Origin: the human T2T-CHM13v2.0 reference genome, Homo sapiens
Direction: 5' to 3' (one strand)
DNA: 64,000 nucleotides
Assembly: GCF_009914755.1 (NCBI RefSeq)
Contig: NC_060936.1
Position 1 is the stretch's first letter. Every line of letters begins with the position of its first letter. Under the pieces are notes generated by a model. The model saw only the letters and a program-made list of their open reading frames with translations. It was not told where the DNA came from and did not search any database. A program made the position numbers and the translations under genes. Positions 14,940 to 28,872 of this stretch are shown one piece after another.

Positions 14940-15676
14940 TGTGCATATGTATATTATAATGTATTTGTAGATAATGTATATTATTTGTGTGCATTAGTTT
15001 GAGCTTATTAATAGACTAAAAAATACCCATTAGTTGAATTCCTATTATGTACCAGCCACTGAATACAAAGGTTAATAAGGTATAATCTGCCTCTTCAAGA
15101 AATTAAAGACTCAAACAGTAAATAAGCTATTATAATATTGTACAGTAAATACTGTTTCAGAATATTCTACATGCATAGAATATAGATATTAGGGGCAACA
15201 CGCAAGAACAAATGTTAGAAGAATGAATTTTGCTCAGGGAGGAGCAAATTCAATAGAATCACGGAGTTATCAGCAGATTTTACTCCATAATTAGGCCATG
15301 AATACATCACCTGGTATCCTTCTTTTGTCTTGGATTCCTGACATCAGTAGAGTTGTTTTGGGTTTTTCGTTTTTGTTTAAGTTTTATTTCTAACAGCACA
15401 AATTATATTCTAGTTAAGTTTAATATTTGGCTTTTTATTTCTGATATGGAGAAAAGCATGCAGTATAATCGCAATAGATATGTTTTTATAAGTTTCATGA
15501 ATGGACAAATTGCATTATTGGCAGTGATGGTATGTGGAACCTGTATATTGTTTGTAGGGTTTTTTTTTAATCTAAGCATATTCAATTTAATTAAAGCTTC
15601 TGACACAATCAATTTGTTACATACAACAAGATCATTTGCCAATGAATGGGTTGACCTCCATTTAAAAATACAAAGT

Positions 15677-16003
<327 letters not shown>

Positions 16004-17834
16004 TTATCTCACTCTTTTTTATTTCATTGTAGCATAGCTCATTCTTTATAACACACCTATAGTGTGTGTTATATAGTGGCAACCACAGCAGAAGAGTCAA
16101 ATGGTATCAACTCTATTCATGAGAATCTCACAACAAACTTTTCTATGATTATTAGGTTATTTTGACACATGAAATTATGATAAAAAATGTAAACTTTGCT
16201 ATGTTTTCATTAATATTTTAGTAACAAGGAATTATTATTGCTTTTAAATGTTTATTCTCTTTTGGATTTTTATTATGAGTATTTAAATCAAAAGGGAAGA
16301 AGGAAGAAGTAGTAGAAAATGCATTTTATAATTTATTAGTACATAGGAATTTTAACCTACTTTTTGGAACCAAAAATTACTAGCCTTGTCTATTAGGTAG
16401 TTGTAGGAGATTTCACTTCATCAGATACTGAGCAAGACCAGAAATACTGTGGAAGCTGTTTATCCCTACTCTGTTTGTATGCAATTGTATAGTGAGTGAG
16501 CCTTCAACCACTACACAAACAGATCTTCACATATGAGACTTAAATGACTACCTATTAATTTAGCAGAAATTGAAAACAATTTTGAACAAAATGAATAAGC
16601 TAATGAACTTCCGTGATTTTATGACATCATCTGGGATGAGGTTAGGGAGGAGTTTAGGGAGACAGCAGGTTAAATTTGACCTCTACAATCTTTTACCTAA
16701 TACTTCCAGTTTAATAACTTTATTCAAAATATTGGAATAAGATTTTGTATTATTCTTAATGTGGTACCACTTGAAAACCTCAATTTGATGGGTACCTATT
16801 TTACAAAGAAGAGCATTTTTAGGGAAGCGAGAAGTGTTCTAGTCTAAGCACTAATAAGGTGATTAAATCACAATGGACATGTGTAGGCAGCCTTGGGGGC
16901 ACATGTATACTCCTAGCTAGAAGAGACTTTGGCAAGGGGAGGAAGTATTGGGCAATATGTTTATAGAACTCGTGATGGAGCCTCCAGGAAAATACCAACA
17001 ACAATATTTTGCCCAACATTACTGTGAATCCTTTAATTTTTCTTTCTTCTAAGAACAGATTTAAAAGGGCATTTGGCATTTATTTTGTTTTGTTTTCAAG
17101 TAATAGCTACCTCATTAAACCTCAGGTTTGACAGTGTGGGCTCATATGCCAGGTTGTATTAATTCATCTTTGCCCTGTTAAACGGGAATAATTCAAAGAA
17201 ACTCCCCAAAGTAAAACTCAAAGTGAAACTGACTTCCCAAAGTACTAAGAAATATTGTTCAGAAAAAATAAAACTTCAACATTTGGTACAATTTATTTCG
17301 CCCATCTTCTTGAAGCATATTCGTTTTATTAGCATTAAAAATTATAGTTGTGTCAGTTCTGCAGCTGACAGTGGTTTGGTTCAAACCAGAGTCAGTGGCA
17401 GCTGCAAAAATAAGGAAACATCTTGTCTGTTGCCATGAGAGGATTACAGTATAACTCACAGCAAGCCAGCTTTATGCAAACTATCTCAGGTTTGTCATGT
17501 AAAAATCAAAGTCACATGTCTCTACATGAGCGGCATTAGCTGAAAAACTTCCAGCCTACTAAGCAGAGATAGTAACCACAAAGACATGAGACTTTCTGCA
17601 TTTAAAGGACAAACCAGTAGGGCATTCTTTTCTTGTACAAACCAGTAGGGCATTCCATCCCAAAAGCCTGTCCCATTCCTGCAGCTCTAATTGACTCTTC
17701 ACCCCACATCAAGGACACTCTGAGGAGAAACTAGTTGGAGAATCGCTTCCAGCAGTGTGAGGCTCTCCCCTAACAACAGTGCAGTCTGCCCTTCTCAGGC
17801 CCCTACTGTTAATTCCTAACCCCTAGAAGAAGGA

Positions 17835-18141
<307 letters not shown>

Positions 18142-18515
18142 AAATGATTTTCAACCCATAATCACAGCAAGGAATCCATTTTCATTCAGATCCTGTATAG
18201 ATGTATGTGCATGTTATGTATATAAATATATATATACATATTTATATGTTATTTTAACTGAAGCAAAAACCTCAAGAAAAATATTCACCCTTAGTATTCA
18301 GTTGGTGCAAAAGTAACCATGGTTTTTGTGATTAAAAGTAACCGCAGCTTTTGCAATTAAAAGTAATTACAATCACTTTTGAACCAACCTAATATATGCA
18401 ATGCACTCTGATAGTTTATATTTTATTCTATTTTAATTTTATACAGTTGTTACAACCCACCAAATTGACTTCATGACACACAAATTTGTCATGATGCACA
18501 GTTTGTAAAATACTG
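18142..18515. mobile_element. hAT-Charlie (Charlie4-like) fragment interrupted by MADE1
   Basis: CCCACCAAATTGACTTCATGAC...CAGTTTGTAAAATACTG terminus. Confidence 0.5.
18295..18394. mobile_element. MADE1 (Hsmar1 MITE), internally rearranged
   Basis: GTTGGTGCAAAAGTAA ... CACTTTTGAACCAACCTAA terminal inverted repeats flanked by TA. Confidence 0.85.
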
Positions 18516-19520
18516 TCAGACTTCAGTACTTGTCATGTCCATTTGTGCATCAAAATCACCTGGGGATTATTCTCAAAAGAAGTCAGAAACGGGGAGAAGG
18601 AAACTGGAAGTGACTGCATTAAAGGCAGGCAGATATTTTCTGCCAAGTATTTGCTGTATGAACTTTGATAAGTGACTCAACCTTTCTGAGTCTCTTTCCT
18701 CACCTATTGAATGATGATAATGGCAGTCTTCCACATAGAGTCCTGGTGTGCGTGAAATGACATAATACCAGCAAAAGCACTTTGCTTTAAGTCTGAAACA
18801 TGGTAAGAAGGCATTAATACTATCCTTAAGTCTTAAAATCATACTACTTCTACAGTTGTGCTGCATTACTGATGTCTAACAGGGATTTTTCAAACATGCC
18901 CTAATCTGCCTGAAACACTGTGCCTTCACTAGAGCCAAAAGTAGATTAAAAATCAGTCACTCATTAATACTTTGCCTAGCTACTAAATTGGAGGTGCCTA
19001 AACAAGATACTAATGAGGTGACTGAGTCTTAACCTGGTTTTGGCCTCCACTAAAGGTATTAATGAGGTGACCAGGTTTTAACCTGTTCTTGGCCTCATGT
19101 ATGTGTTGGTTTTTCAAAGCAGGTGAGAATCTGTTTTAAAAGGCTATTAAAATATCAAATCATAAGTCTAGTTCAGGATTTTTTTTTTTTAAGAAACATG
19201 AACTACAAATATGAAGGGAAGAACTGAACAGAGAACATAGGAACCCTTAATAATAATCTTTCACATAATCCTAGCCCAATTTTCCTGAAGAACTATAGCA
19301 GATTGAATCCACATTGTTTAAGTGAATATTGAGGTTTTTCCAGTGAATAATTTTCAATTTAACATATAATATCCTAAATCCATAGGTCCTAAATGGAATC
19401 AAGTAGCGAGTATTTATTGAATAAATAATACCAACTATACTTAAGCAGTCCTGGGATACTAAGAAATTTTGAAGTGCAATCCCTTCCTTCAAAGTACTTA
19501 CAGTATGCTTGGAAAAAAAC

Positions 19521-21960
19521 TGTTTTAAAAGATAGTGTATTTATAGAAGATCTGAGGTATAGGAAGACAACAGATCAGGAAATGATTTTCATTAAAAGAT
19601 AGTTACTCACAGTTTCCAAGAAAAAGGGGTGCACCCTAGACAAGGAACCACTCTCACCACTCCTATTCAACATAGTACTGGAAGTTCTGGCCAGGGCAAT
19701 CAGGCAAGAGAAAGAAATAAAGGGTATTCAAATAGGAAGAGAGGAAGTCAAATTGTCTCCGCAGATGACATGACCCTATATCTAGAAAACACCATTGTCT
19801 CAGCCCCAAAATTCCTTAAGCTGATAAGCAACTTCAGCAAAGTCTCAGGATACAAAATCAGTGTGCGAAAATCACAAGCATTTCTATACACCAACAATAG
19901 ACTAGCAGAGAGCAAAATCATGAATAAATTCCCATTCACAAATGCTACAAAGAGAATAAAATACCCGAGTTTCTGAGTTTCAGTTTCATACTGAAATTTC
20001 ATACTAAATACTGCTAACAAGGGATGTGAAGGACCTCTTCAAAGAGAAGAGTTCTTCAAAGAGAACTAGAAACCACTGCTCAAGGGAATAAGAGAGGACA
20101 CAAACAAATGGAAAAACATTCCATGCTCATGGATAGGAAGAATCAATATTATGAAAATGGCCATACTGCCCAAAGTAATTTATAGATTCAATGCTATTCC
20201 CATCAAACTACCATTGACATTCTTCACAGAATTAAAAAAAAAGCTACTTTAAATTTCGTATGGAACCAAAAAATAGCCCATATAGCCAAGACAATCCTAA
20301 GCAAAAAGAACAAAGCTGGAGGCATGAGGCAACCTGACTCCAAACTATACTACAAGGCTACAGTAAACAAAGTAGCATGGTACTGGTACCAAAACAGACA
20401 TACAGACCAATGGAACAGAACAGAGAACTCAGAAATAACACCACACATCTACAACCATCTTCAACAAACCTGACAAAAACCTGACAAAAACAAGCAATGG
20501 GCAAAGGATTTCCTATTTAATATACGGTGCTGGGAAAACTGGCTAACCATATGCAGAAACTGAAACTGGACCCTTTGCTTGCACTTTATGCAAAAATTAA
20601 CTCAAGATGGATTAAAGACATAAATGTAAAACCCAAAACCATATAAACCCTAGAAGAAAATCTAGGCAATAAATGAGGACATGGGCATAGACAAAGATTT
20701 CATGACAAAAACACCAAAAGCAATTGCAACAAAAGCTAAAATTGACAAATGGGATCTAATTAAACTAAGGAGCTTTTGCACAGCAAAATAAACTATCATC
20801 AGAATGAACAGGCAACCTACAAAATGAGAGAACATTTTTGCAATCTAACTATCTGACAAAATTTTAATATCCAGAATCTACAAGGAACTTAAATTTACAA
20901 GAGTAAAACAACCCCATGAAAAAGTGGGCAAAGGATATGAACAGACACTTCTCAAAATAAGACATTTATGCGACCAAAAAACATATGGAAAAAATCTCAA
21001 CATCATTAGAGAAATGCAAATCAAAACCACAATGAGATACCATCTTACACCAGTCACAATGACGATTACTAAAAAGTCAAGAGACAACAGATGCTGGTGA
21101 GGTTGTGGAGAAATAAGAATGCTTTTACGTTGTTGGTGGGAAGGTAAATTAGTTCAACCATTGTGAAGACAGTGCGGGGATTCTTCAAGGATCTAGAACG
21201 GGAAATACAATTTGAGCATGTTCTCACTCCTAAGTGGGAATTGAACAATGAGAACACATGGTCACATGGAGGGGAACAACACACACCAGGGCCTATTGGA
21301 GGGCTGGGGAGTAGGGGAGGGAGAGCATCACAGCAAAGAGCTAATGCATGTGGGGCTTAAAACCTAGATGACAGGTTGATAGGTGCAGCAAACCACTATG
21401 GCATGCGTATGCCTATGTAACAAACCTGCACGTTCTGCACATGTATCCCAGAACTTAAAGTAAAATAAAAATTTGAAAAAGATAAAAAAAGAAAAAGGGG
21501 GTTGACCATGTTATGAAAGGGCCACACGGGGAAACACCTCGGTCATTCAGGAGGCAGAGGGAGGGGAAACTGTGGGCAAGAGCAATTATTGAGATTTCCT
21601 GGGAAAGAACAGGTGAAGAGGGTAAGCAGGTTTAGGACTGGATCTTTGAATAAGTTTAGCATATTTAGGACATAGTGGCTATAGGACATAGTGGCTGTCG
21701 GCTGTCCTTGGTTTTCTGGTACCTGATCTTGGGTGATTAGGGCAGGTGGATAGTGTCTTGGAGTGTAAGAGTCTGGTAAAGGAGGTGGTGGTTGGGGCAT
21801 GGGCTCTGAGTTGGTTGGTTGGTATTTGAAAAGAGCTCAAGAGCAAATTGTTTACCATCTCTTGGAATTGATCAACCTTGGCAGGGAGTCCTTCCAGAGT
21901 CAACAAGGGCCCAGATGTCAAAGCATCAGAACCCAGAAAATAGAAGACATGGTTGACACA
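19521..21960 (-). mobile_element. MER74-like ERVL solo LTR split by an L1PA (pieces 19521-19630 and 21490-21960)
   Basis: Ends TGTTTTAAAA and CATGGTTGACACA; GGGTGATTAGGGCAGGTGGATAGTG; CCCAGATGTCAAAGCATCA. Confidence 0.75.
19631..21488 (+). mobile_element. 5'-truncated L1PA (about PA7-PA10), ORF2 disrupted
   Basis: ORF 19629-19976 gives RT-domain peptide [10 protein letters not shown]...[14 protein letters not shown]; L1PA 3' UTR and poly(A); TSD AAGAAAAAGGGG(G)T (19618-19630 / 21489-21502). Confidence 0.96.
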
Positions 21961-22069
21961 GAAACAACCCCAAACCCAGTAAATATAAATAACATAGTTT
22001 ACAACTAATACATGTATCGTATACCAAAGGAATGAAAGAATTTAGAGAAATGATTCTCACCTTTGGGAA

Positions 22070-22235
22070 TACATTAGGATGACCTTTGGATTTATAAAGG
22101 TAATCACGTTGAATCCCTATCCCAGACACTGACTTAAGTTGTCTAGCGTGAGGCCTGGGCGTCTCCTGATAGGAGCTCCTTTTAAGAGCTCCCCCAAGTG
22201 ATTTTAATTTGTAGCCCAAGTTAAAAACTACTGAT
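22070..22235. mobile_element. MER5A-like hAT MITE
   Basis: GAGCTCCCCCAAGTGATTTTAAT...AAAAACTACTG. Confidence 0.65.
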
Positions 22236-22599
22236 CTCTAGATCTGAAACTGAAACTCAGAAAGGGTAAATAATTTGCCTACATTCCACAGCTAATATGA
22301 TGGTAAATACACATCTCTCTTCCAAATTAGAATTTAGTTACTTTTAAAAGAGGAAATACAATATTCCCCTCCAAGTAACCAATGTTTTTCCCATCTGAAT
22401 AACCCAAATACATGTTTTATTTTGTTTCCAACTTTACATATTCCTTGCATTAACCAAGTACCTATTTAATATTATTGCAGAGAAATCTTTGAACCCAGGC
22501 ATAGTTGATACCTAGAATCTTTTTCTGTCCAGCACATCAACTTCTGTCAGGCTTTTACAACACCACCCCACCCAACTCATACGGTTATGGCTAGCCTGT

Positions 22600-23043
22600 G
22601 AATGACACTGGTGCATATAGGGCTGAGAGTTATCCCATCATGGTATTCCAGCATTTTATCTTTAGTAATTGGTCCAAATGATGATCACATGAACTAAGCT
22701 GGACCAGTTAGAATGCTTCCACCAAGATTTCAAATTTGGATGCTGGAGAGACGATGTGTCTCTGCCTTGTGGATTGTAGGCTGTAAGCACCAAGCACTGA
22801 GTAAGCTTCTTTGAGATCCTGTCTAAGGCATGAGAGAATGATGCCATCAGGAAGAGAAACGCAAATACAAACAGAACCACAAGACGGATAAGCTGATATC
22901 ATTGTTTGAGCTTCTGGAGTTAGTCAGGCTTAAATACAAACATCTCCACCCATGGACTTCGCAATTATATGAGCCGATAAATTTCCTTTTTAAGTTATTT
23001 TAAATTTTGTTTCTGTCACTTTTAACTATTCCTTACTAATTCA
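22600..23043 (+). mobile_element. MLT1 (J/K-like) MaLR LTR
   Basis: ATATGAGCCGATAAATTTCCTTT...TTTCTGTCACTT...CTTACTAATTCA 3' end. Confidence 0.65.
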
Positions 23044-23888
23044 GATGTTTTCAAAAAGTATGTATTATTTGGGGTCACAGTCCTGTACAATATAACCAGG
23101 GAGTGCCCAAGAAGACTTTGAACTGGATGTGCTTTTCTTCTTATATGTACAATTGCTTCATTGTGTATGTAGGTTCTCCAGATCCAAGTTTAAAGAAAGG
23201 CTGTACTGCAAATTAAAAAATCACCAATAAAATATTTCGTAACAGTCCTTTAGAGAAGACTGAGATTCCAATGACAAAAAAAGCCAATAAATCAAAATCA
23301 ATTACTAAACATCTGCTGTGTACCAAGAAAATGTGAAATGTATAGGGAGGCTCCAAAAGTAAAGAGGACATGGTCACTACTCTTGAGAAGCTCAGAACTT
23401 GTGGGGAAAACATGGACCCAAAGTAACCAGCACTCCAAGATAAAGAACACGTGGCAAGTTGCCAAATGAGCAGTATAAGAATACTTTAGGGCTACATATG
23501 TTTAAAAGAATGAGCGATAGTTGTTAGACAGAGGTGATCAGAAACACTTATTGTTGTTTTAGAGGAAGTGAAACCTGAACTGTCCCTTGAAGAATGGAAA
23601 GTTTTAGCAGAAAGTTTATTTTTGCCTACAAAGATAAAATTCCACGTAACAGGCTTGAGTTACTTCAATACTGCAAATATAGACCGATAAAAATCGAATT
23701 TAATGCAGTAGAAACCCATCTCATTACCTGCAGTTCCATATCATTATTTTGAAATATTTGTTACAATGAAAAAAAAGATTTATGAAGAATATAGTATCTG
23801 TCAAATACTTTTTGAGATGGTTATGGTTCTTGTCCCTAAAGGTTTTAATCTACTTAGAAATTTCAAATAAATAAGTTATTAATTTGAG

Positions 23889-24178
23889 GGCTGGGCACGG
23901 TGGCTCACGCCTGTAATCCCAGCACTTTGGGAGGCCGAGGCAGGTGGATCACAAGGTCAGGGGTTCGAGACCAGCCTGACCAACATGGTGAAACCCCGTC
24001 TCTAATAAAAATACAAAAATTAGCTAGGCATGGTGGCGGGCACCTGTAATCCCAGCTACTCAGGAGGCTGAAGCAGGAGAATTTCTTGAACCCGGGAGGC
24101 GAGGTTGCAATGAGCCGAGATCACACCACTGCACTCCAGCCTGGGCGACAGAGTGAGACTCCGTCTCAAAAAAAAAAA
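23889..24178 (+). mobile_element. AluSg-like
   Basis: GGATCACAAGGTCAGG (2-bp deletion type); TSD AAGTTATTAATTTGAG (23873-23888 / 24177-24192). Confidence 0.93.
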
Positions 24179-24742
24179 GTTATTAATTTGAGTAATATCT
24201 AAGACAAGATACCTAACCCAAATTAAGGAAAGTCAGAGTAGGATTCTTGGGAAAAGGAGCATCTAAACTAAAGCTTTATTAGAAGTCAAGTAGAAGTAAC
24301 AAAGTTTCTGAAATGAGAAATACCTGTATATGGTAAATCAAAAGAAGGTCAAAGTGGTGATATGAAGGTACTTGTGAGAGTAGAAGGGGCAATAGAGAGT
24401 TTAAACAGTGTTTATTAAATAGTGTCGAGAAAAAAGGCCATGATGATGCCATAGAGCAGCTGCTCTCTAGTAGCATGGGTCCCTGTGGGTCTTTGAGACA
24501 CTTTCACAGAGTCTGTGAGTCAAATAATTTTGGCATAATGCTAGTACATTATTTGTGTGTAAAAGCTCATTCTCTCATAAGTGTACAGTGGCATTTTTCA
24601 CTGTACATTTGGAAGAACCATGTAAAAGAGTGAACCAATATATTCCAAATAACAAATCATGATGTTACAAAAATCATGCATAGATAAAAATCCACTAAAG
24701 GTGCAAGATAGGCCAATGTACAGAACTAGACAGACTATAAAG

Positions 24743-25420
<678 letters not shown>

Positions 25421-28400
25421 CTATAAAGCATTCATGAATATGATTTTAGATTTCATATTGCAACTAATCTTTAAGAAACTATCACTTTTTGAATTTTGAT
25501 GTAACGTAAAAGATGAATATTCACAACTACTAAAATGGCTATTCAAATACTCTTCCCTTTTGCAACTATATATGTGTATGAGACCAGATTTTTTCATATA
25601 CTTCAACTGAAGCAACAAATCACAACAGATTTGCCAATCTAGCTAACTTCCGTGAAGCCAGACCTTTAAAAGATGTTCAAAACTGTCAAACAATTCTACT
25701 TTTATAACTAACTTTTGGAAGACGGTAGTTCCTTTTCATAAGAAAATGGTTATTAGTGTTATTTTTAAATGAATTAATTTATATATTTCAGTTTTAACTT
25801 TTAATATGATAATTGTAACTAGATATAACTCACTTAAACTCTTTCGGGTCCATAATTTTTAAGGGTATAAAGGGGTTCTGAGACCAAAAATTTGAGAATA
25901 TCTGCCACAGACAGTGCCCTGGAGATTCTACTTTAAATCTGCTTGAGATCTCTTTTTTTCTTGACTCTGTGTGATTGGTGAACATTTGGAAGTGGAAGTA
26001 ACTCAACGTTTATTGAGAGAGCTTACTAAGTGTTCATTCGTTCATTCCCTTTTTCCAACTGCCTATTTTTATAAGCCTGAATGAATAAATGAATCTTGCT
26101 TTCACTTCACTACCCAACAATAGGACGAGCTCCTTTTTGTTCTGAATCCTCATTTCCCATTGATAATGTGTCAGAGTAATAGCTGTTATTATGACAATTT
26201 AAGAGAATTGTGTAAGGATCAATAAACAACAAGATCAAATTCACAAATGTATCTACCTCTGCAGAGCATTCTGTCTTGATAAAAACTGAAATTGACTGGG
26301 GAGACAGTTCTGCTCTGCAACTGACTACCCAGTGGGCTTTGAGTTTTCCCATTATAAGACACAAAGCTTTAAGAGCATAAAAACATTAAAACATTTGAAA
26401 AAGCAAAAGTTAAAACTTGTTCTCCAGCTCTGAATACTTGTGAAGAAGATTATAATGAACAATCCCTTATCTTTCAGAAAAAAAAAGAAAAAAGTCTGAT
26501 TTCTTTCTTTGCTTTGAAGCTTCTGATTATTTCTGGCTGTTTGCCTCACATTTTGATCTTTGGATAAAGATGCTGTCCCCAGGGCTCCTTTCCTTCTGAG
26601 GTCAACTAAGAAAATCTTTCTGAAGGCTTTTACTGGGATTTTATATTTAACACCTGGCTGCTGAAAAATTTCAGGAAATTCAGTTGCAAAGCTCTAGGAT
26701 CCTCCGCAGGAAAATGTTTTAGATATGCAATGGAGTGGTGCTGGGGGCAAAAAATGGCAGCAGTGGCAAGGACTCAGGGCAGGCCCTGTCCCTTGGCTCC
26801 CTCCTGGCCTGTAGCAACACAGTGTTTGCAAGCTCAACCTCCCCTACACACAGACAGTTCAGTGGGCTGGTTCATGGGAGGTCACTAGGAGGTACTTTGG
26901 GACAGGAACAGACTTTTCGTTGGAACTGAGTTGAGACCATTCCCTTCTTTTCCGTTATAAATTTTGTCAATTTTGATTATATATTATAGGTCAGAGGACA
27001 TCATTCTTTTCAAGTCAAAATTTAGCTTCTGTGAAATTTTGATTGTAAAAGAGTTTTTCTCCTTTTCTTTTCAAATAGTATTATTTTTAAATGGTTGTTT
27101 ATTTTAGATTGAATTAAATCAAGCCTAGCAGAAAATGATTTTTATGTCTGCTCTTATTTTAATGTGGTTGCTCAAATACCTTTAAAGCAATTTATATAGT
27201 AATCTTCCAAAAGTTTCTTTTCCTGTTTGTTTTTACTTATAAAAAATAGTATGTGTGTGTCAATGTTTTATATTAATTTTACATTTTTTGCAATCCTTTG
27301 AAAAAATCATTTTCCTCCAATCAATCCTTTACAGCTGAAAAATGTATGCACAATTAGATATGAAATACATGACTGCCCTCTCTTGTCCACCTCAAAGTAA
27401 AACAGTTTTAGTAATCAAATATTTTCTTTCTGTAGTGGTAGGATATTAAATTAGCCATATTTAATAATATAAGCTAAATTATTTGTCTTCTCTTTTTGAT
27501 AATATGATGTGTAAATACATGATATATTTCATTAAGAAGACAAGAACTTATTGGAAGAAAATAATTTTAAAGTGAGTACAATTTCCTTCATAGTCTTTGT
27601 AATACAACACTGTTACAAGCTTCAATTGTGGGGAGGGGCAGATCTCAGGGGGTACATTGAGTTCAAGTAAGCCTGGCTTTTAAAATAAGTTTCATTTTCC
27701 TTTTGAAAAGGTAACTGAAATGATTGCACTGGAAGGAAGTTCTATGTTCCCAGAGTTAAATCTGTCCACAGTAATATTCTGATTTTCATTGTTCTTGCAC
27801 AAATTGAGAAAAAGCAACACAAACATGCCTGTTTGTTGGAGCCAGTAATTTCTCATATTGCTGCTCTATAATGGAGATGCACAAAAGAGCATACTATGGT
27901 ATTATTAATTAATTTTCCATTTCTATAACACTAGCTATCTTCCTCCAGAGGTTATTGAATCAGACAAAATGTACATAAGTCTTTGTGCTTGATATGAAAG
28001 GCCAACTATGGGTGGAAATTTCAGGATAAAAAGATCTTAGATCAGAAGAAACTAAATGAACAGGGCTAACATTCATCCCATATTCATGAGGATAATGACG
28101 AATGCCCTGCCATGATTTTAGGAATCATATGCCACTTCAATTGCATTTCTTTGAGAGTTCCAAGTAAGAAAGCATTAGGCCCTGTGAAGATGCTTCCTAG
28201 AATCTCCAGTGAGGCAGTTTCCACCATAAATCCTTCACATCCTATGAAAAATGTTTCCTTAAAGCATGAAGGAAAGTTATATTTATTAGAAGGATTTTAC
28301 AAAAGAGCAGCTACAGGTTTAAATCTAAGAATACACATGCCCCCTGTGCTCCCATCCCCCACCCCACCAGTGTTTCATATTCTTGTCAAATGTGCTGGTT

Positions 28401-28734
28401 GCCAAATGAGAAATCTTAGTGTTACTACCACTGCAGATGTGGTGATGACTTGCACCAAGTCATAGAAGTACTACTAAGGATCCAGTCTGTCCACACAGGA
28501 CAGAGAGAGTCCCTCAGTGGTTGGCTGTGGCTGTTTGCAGTCTAGAGCCACATGTTCAAAGATGGCCTAATGTTCTGAGATATGCTGTTAGTAATGTTAT
28601 TTGAATGCTTTCAATATTATATTTCAATATTATATTTCATAGGTTAAGTGTTAACTAGATTATCTGTTACTAGAGGTGCCACTCATCTGCTATTGTGCTT
28701 TTATCAGGAAAATTCATAGAGTAGCTAGCATCCT

Positions 28735-28872
28735 CTTCACAACCACCCTGTCAGGTAGAAAATATTACCATCTTCATTTTACACAGAGTGGTTAAGTAAT
28801 TTCACCAGTATTACATGGCTAAATGCACTAGTTGAGGTTATAATTTGAACTCAGGCTGTCCAGCTCCAGACA
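28735..28872 (-). mobile_element. MIR SINE
   Basis: CATTTTACACAGAGTGGTTAAGTAATTT...TTTGAACTCAGGC. Confidence 0.7.

Noticed and set aside
19629-19976. Reverse-transcriptase-like ORF
   Set aside because: Fragment of a dead, 5'-truncated, frameshifted L1 ORF2; not a host gene
28608-28640. 13-bp tandem repeat, and similar microduplications at 9661-9700 and 21668-21697
   Set aside because: Ordinary slippage products
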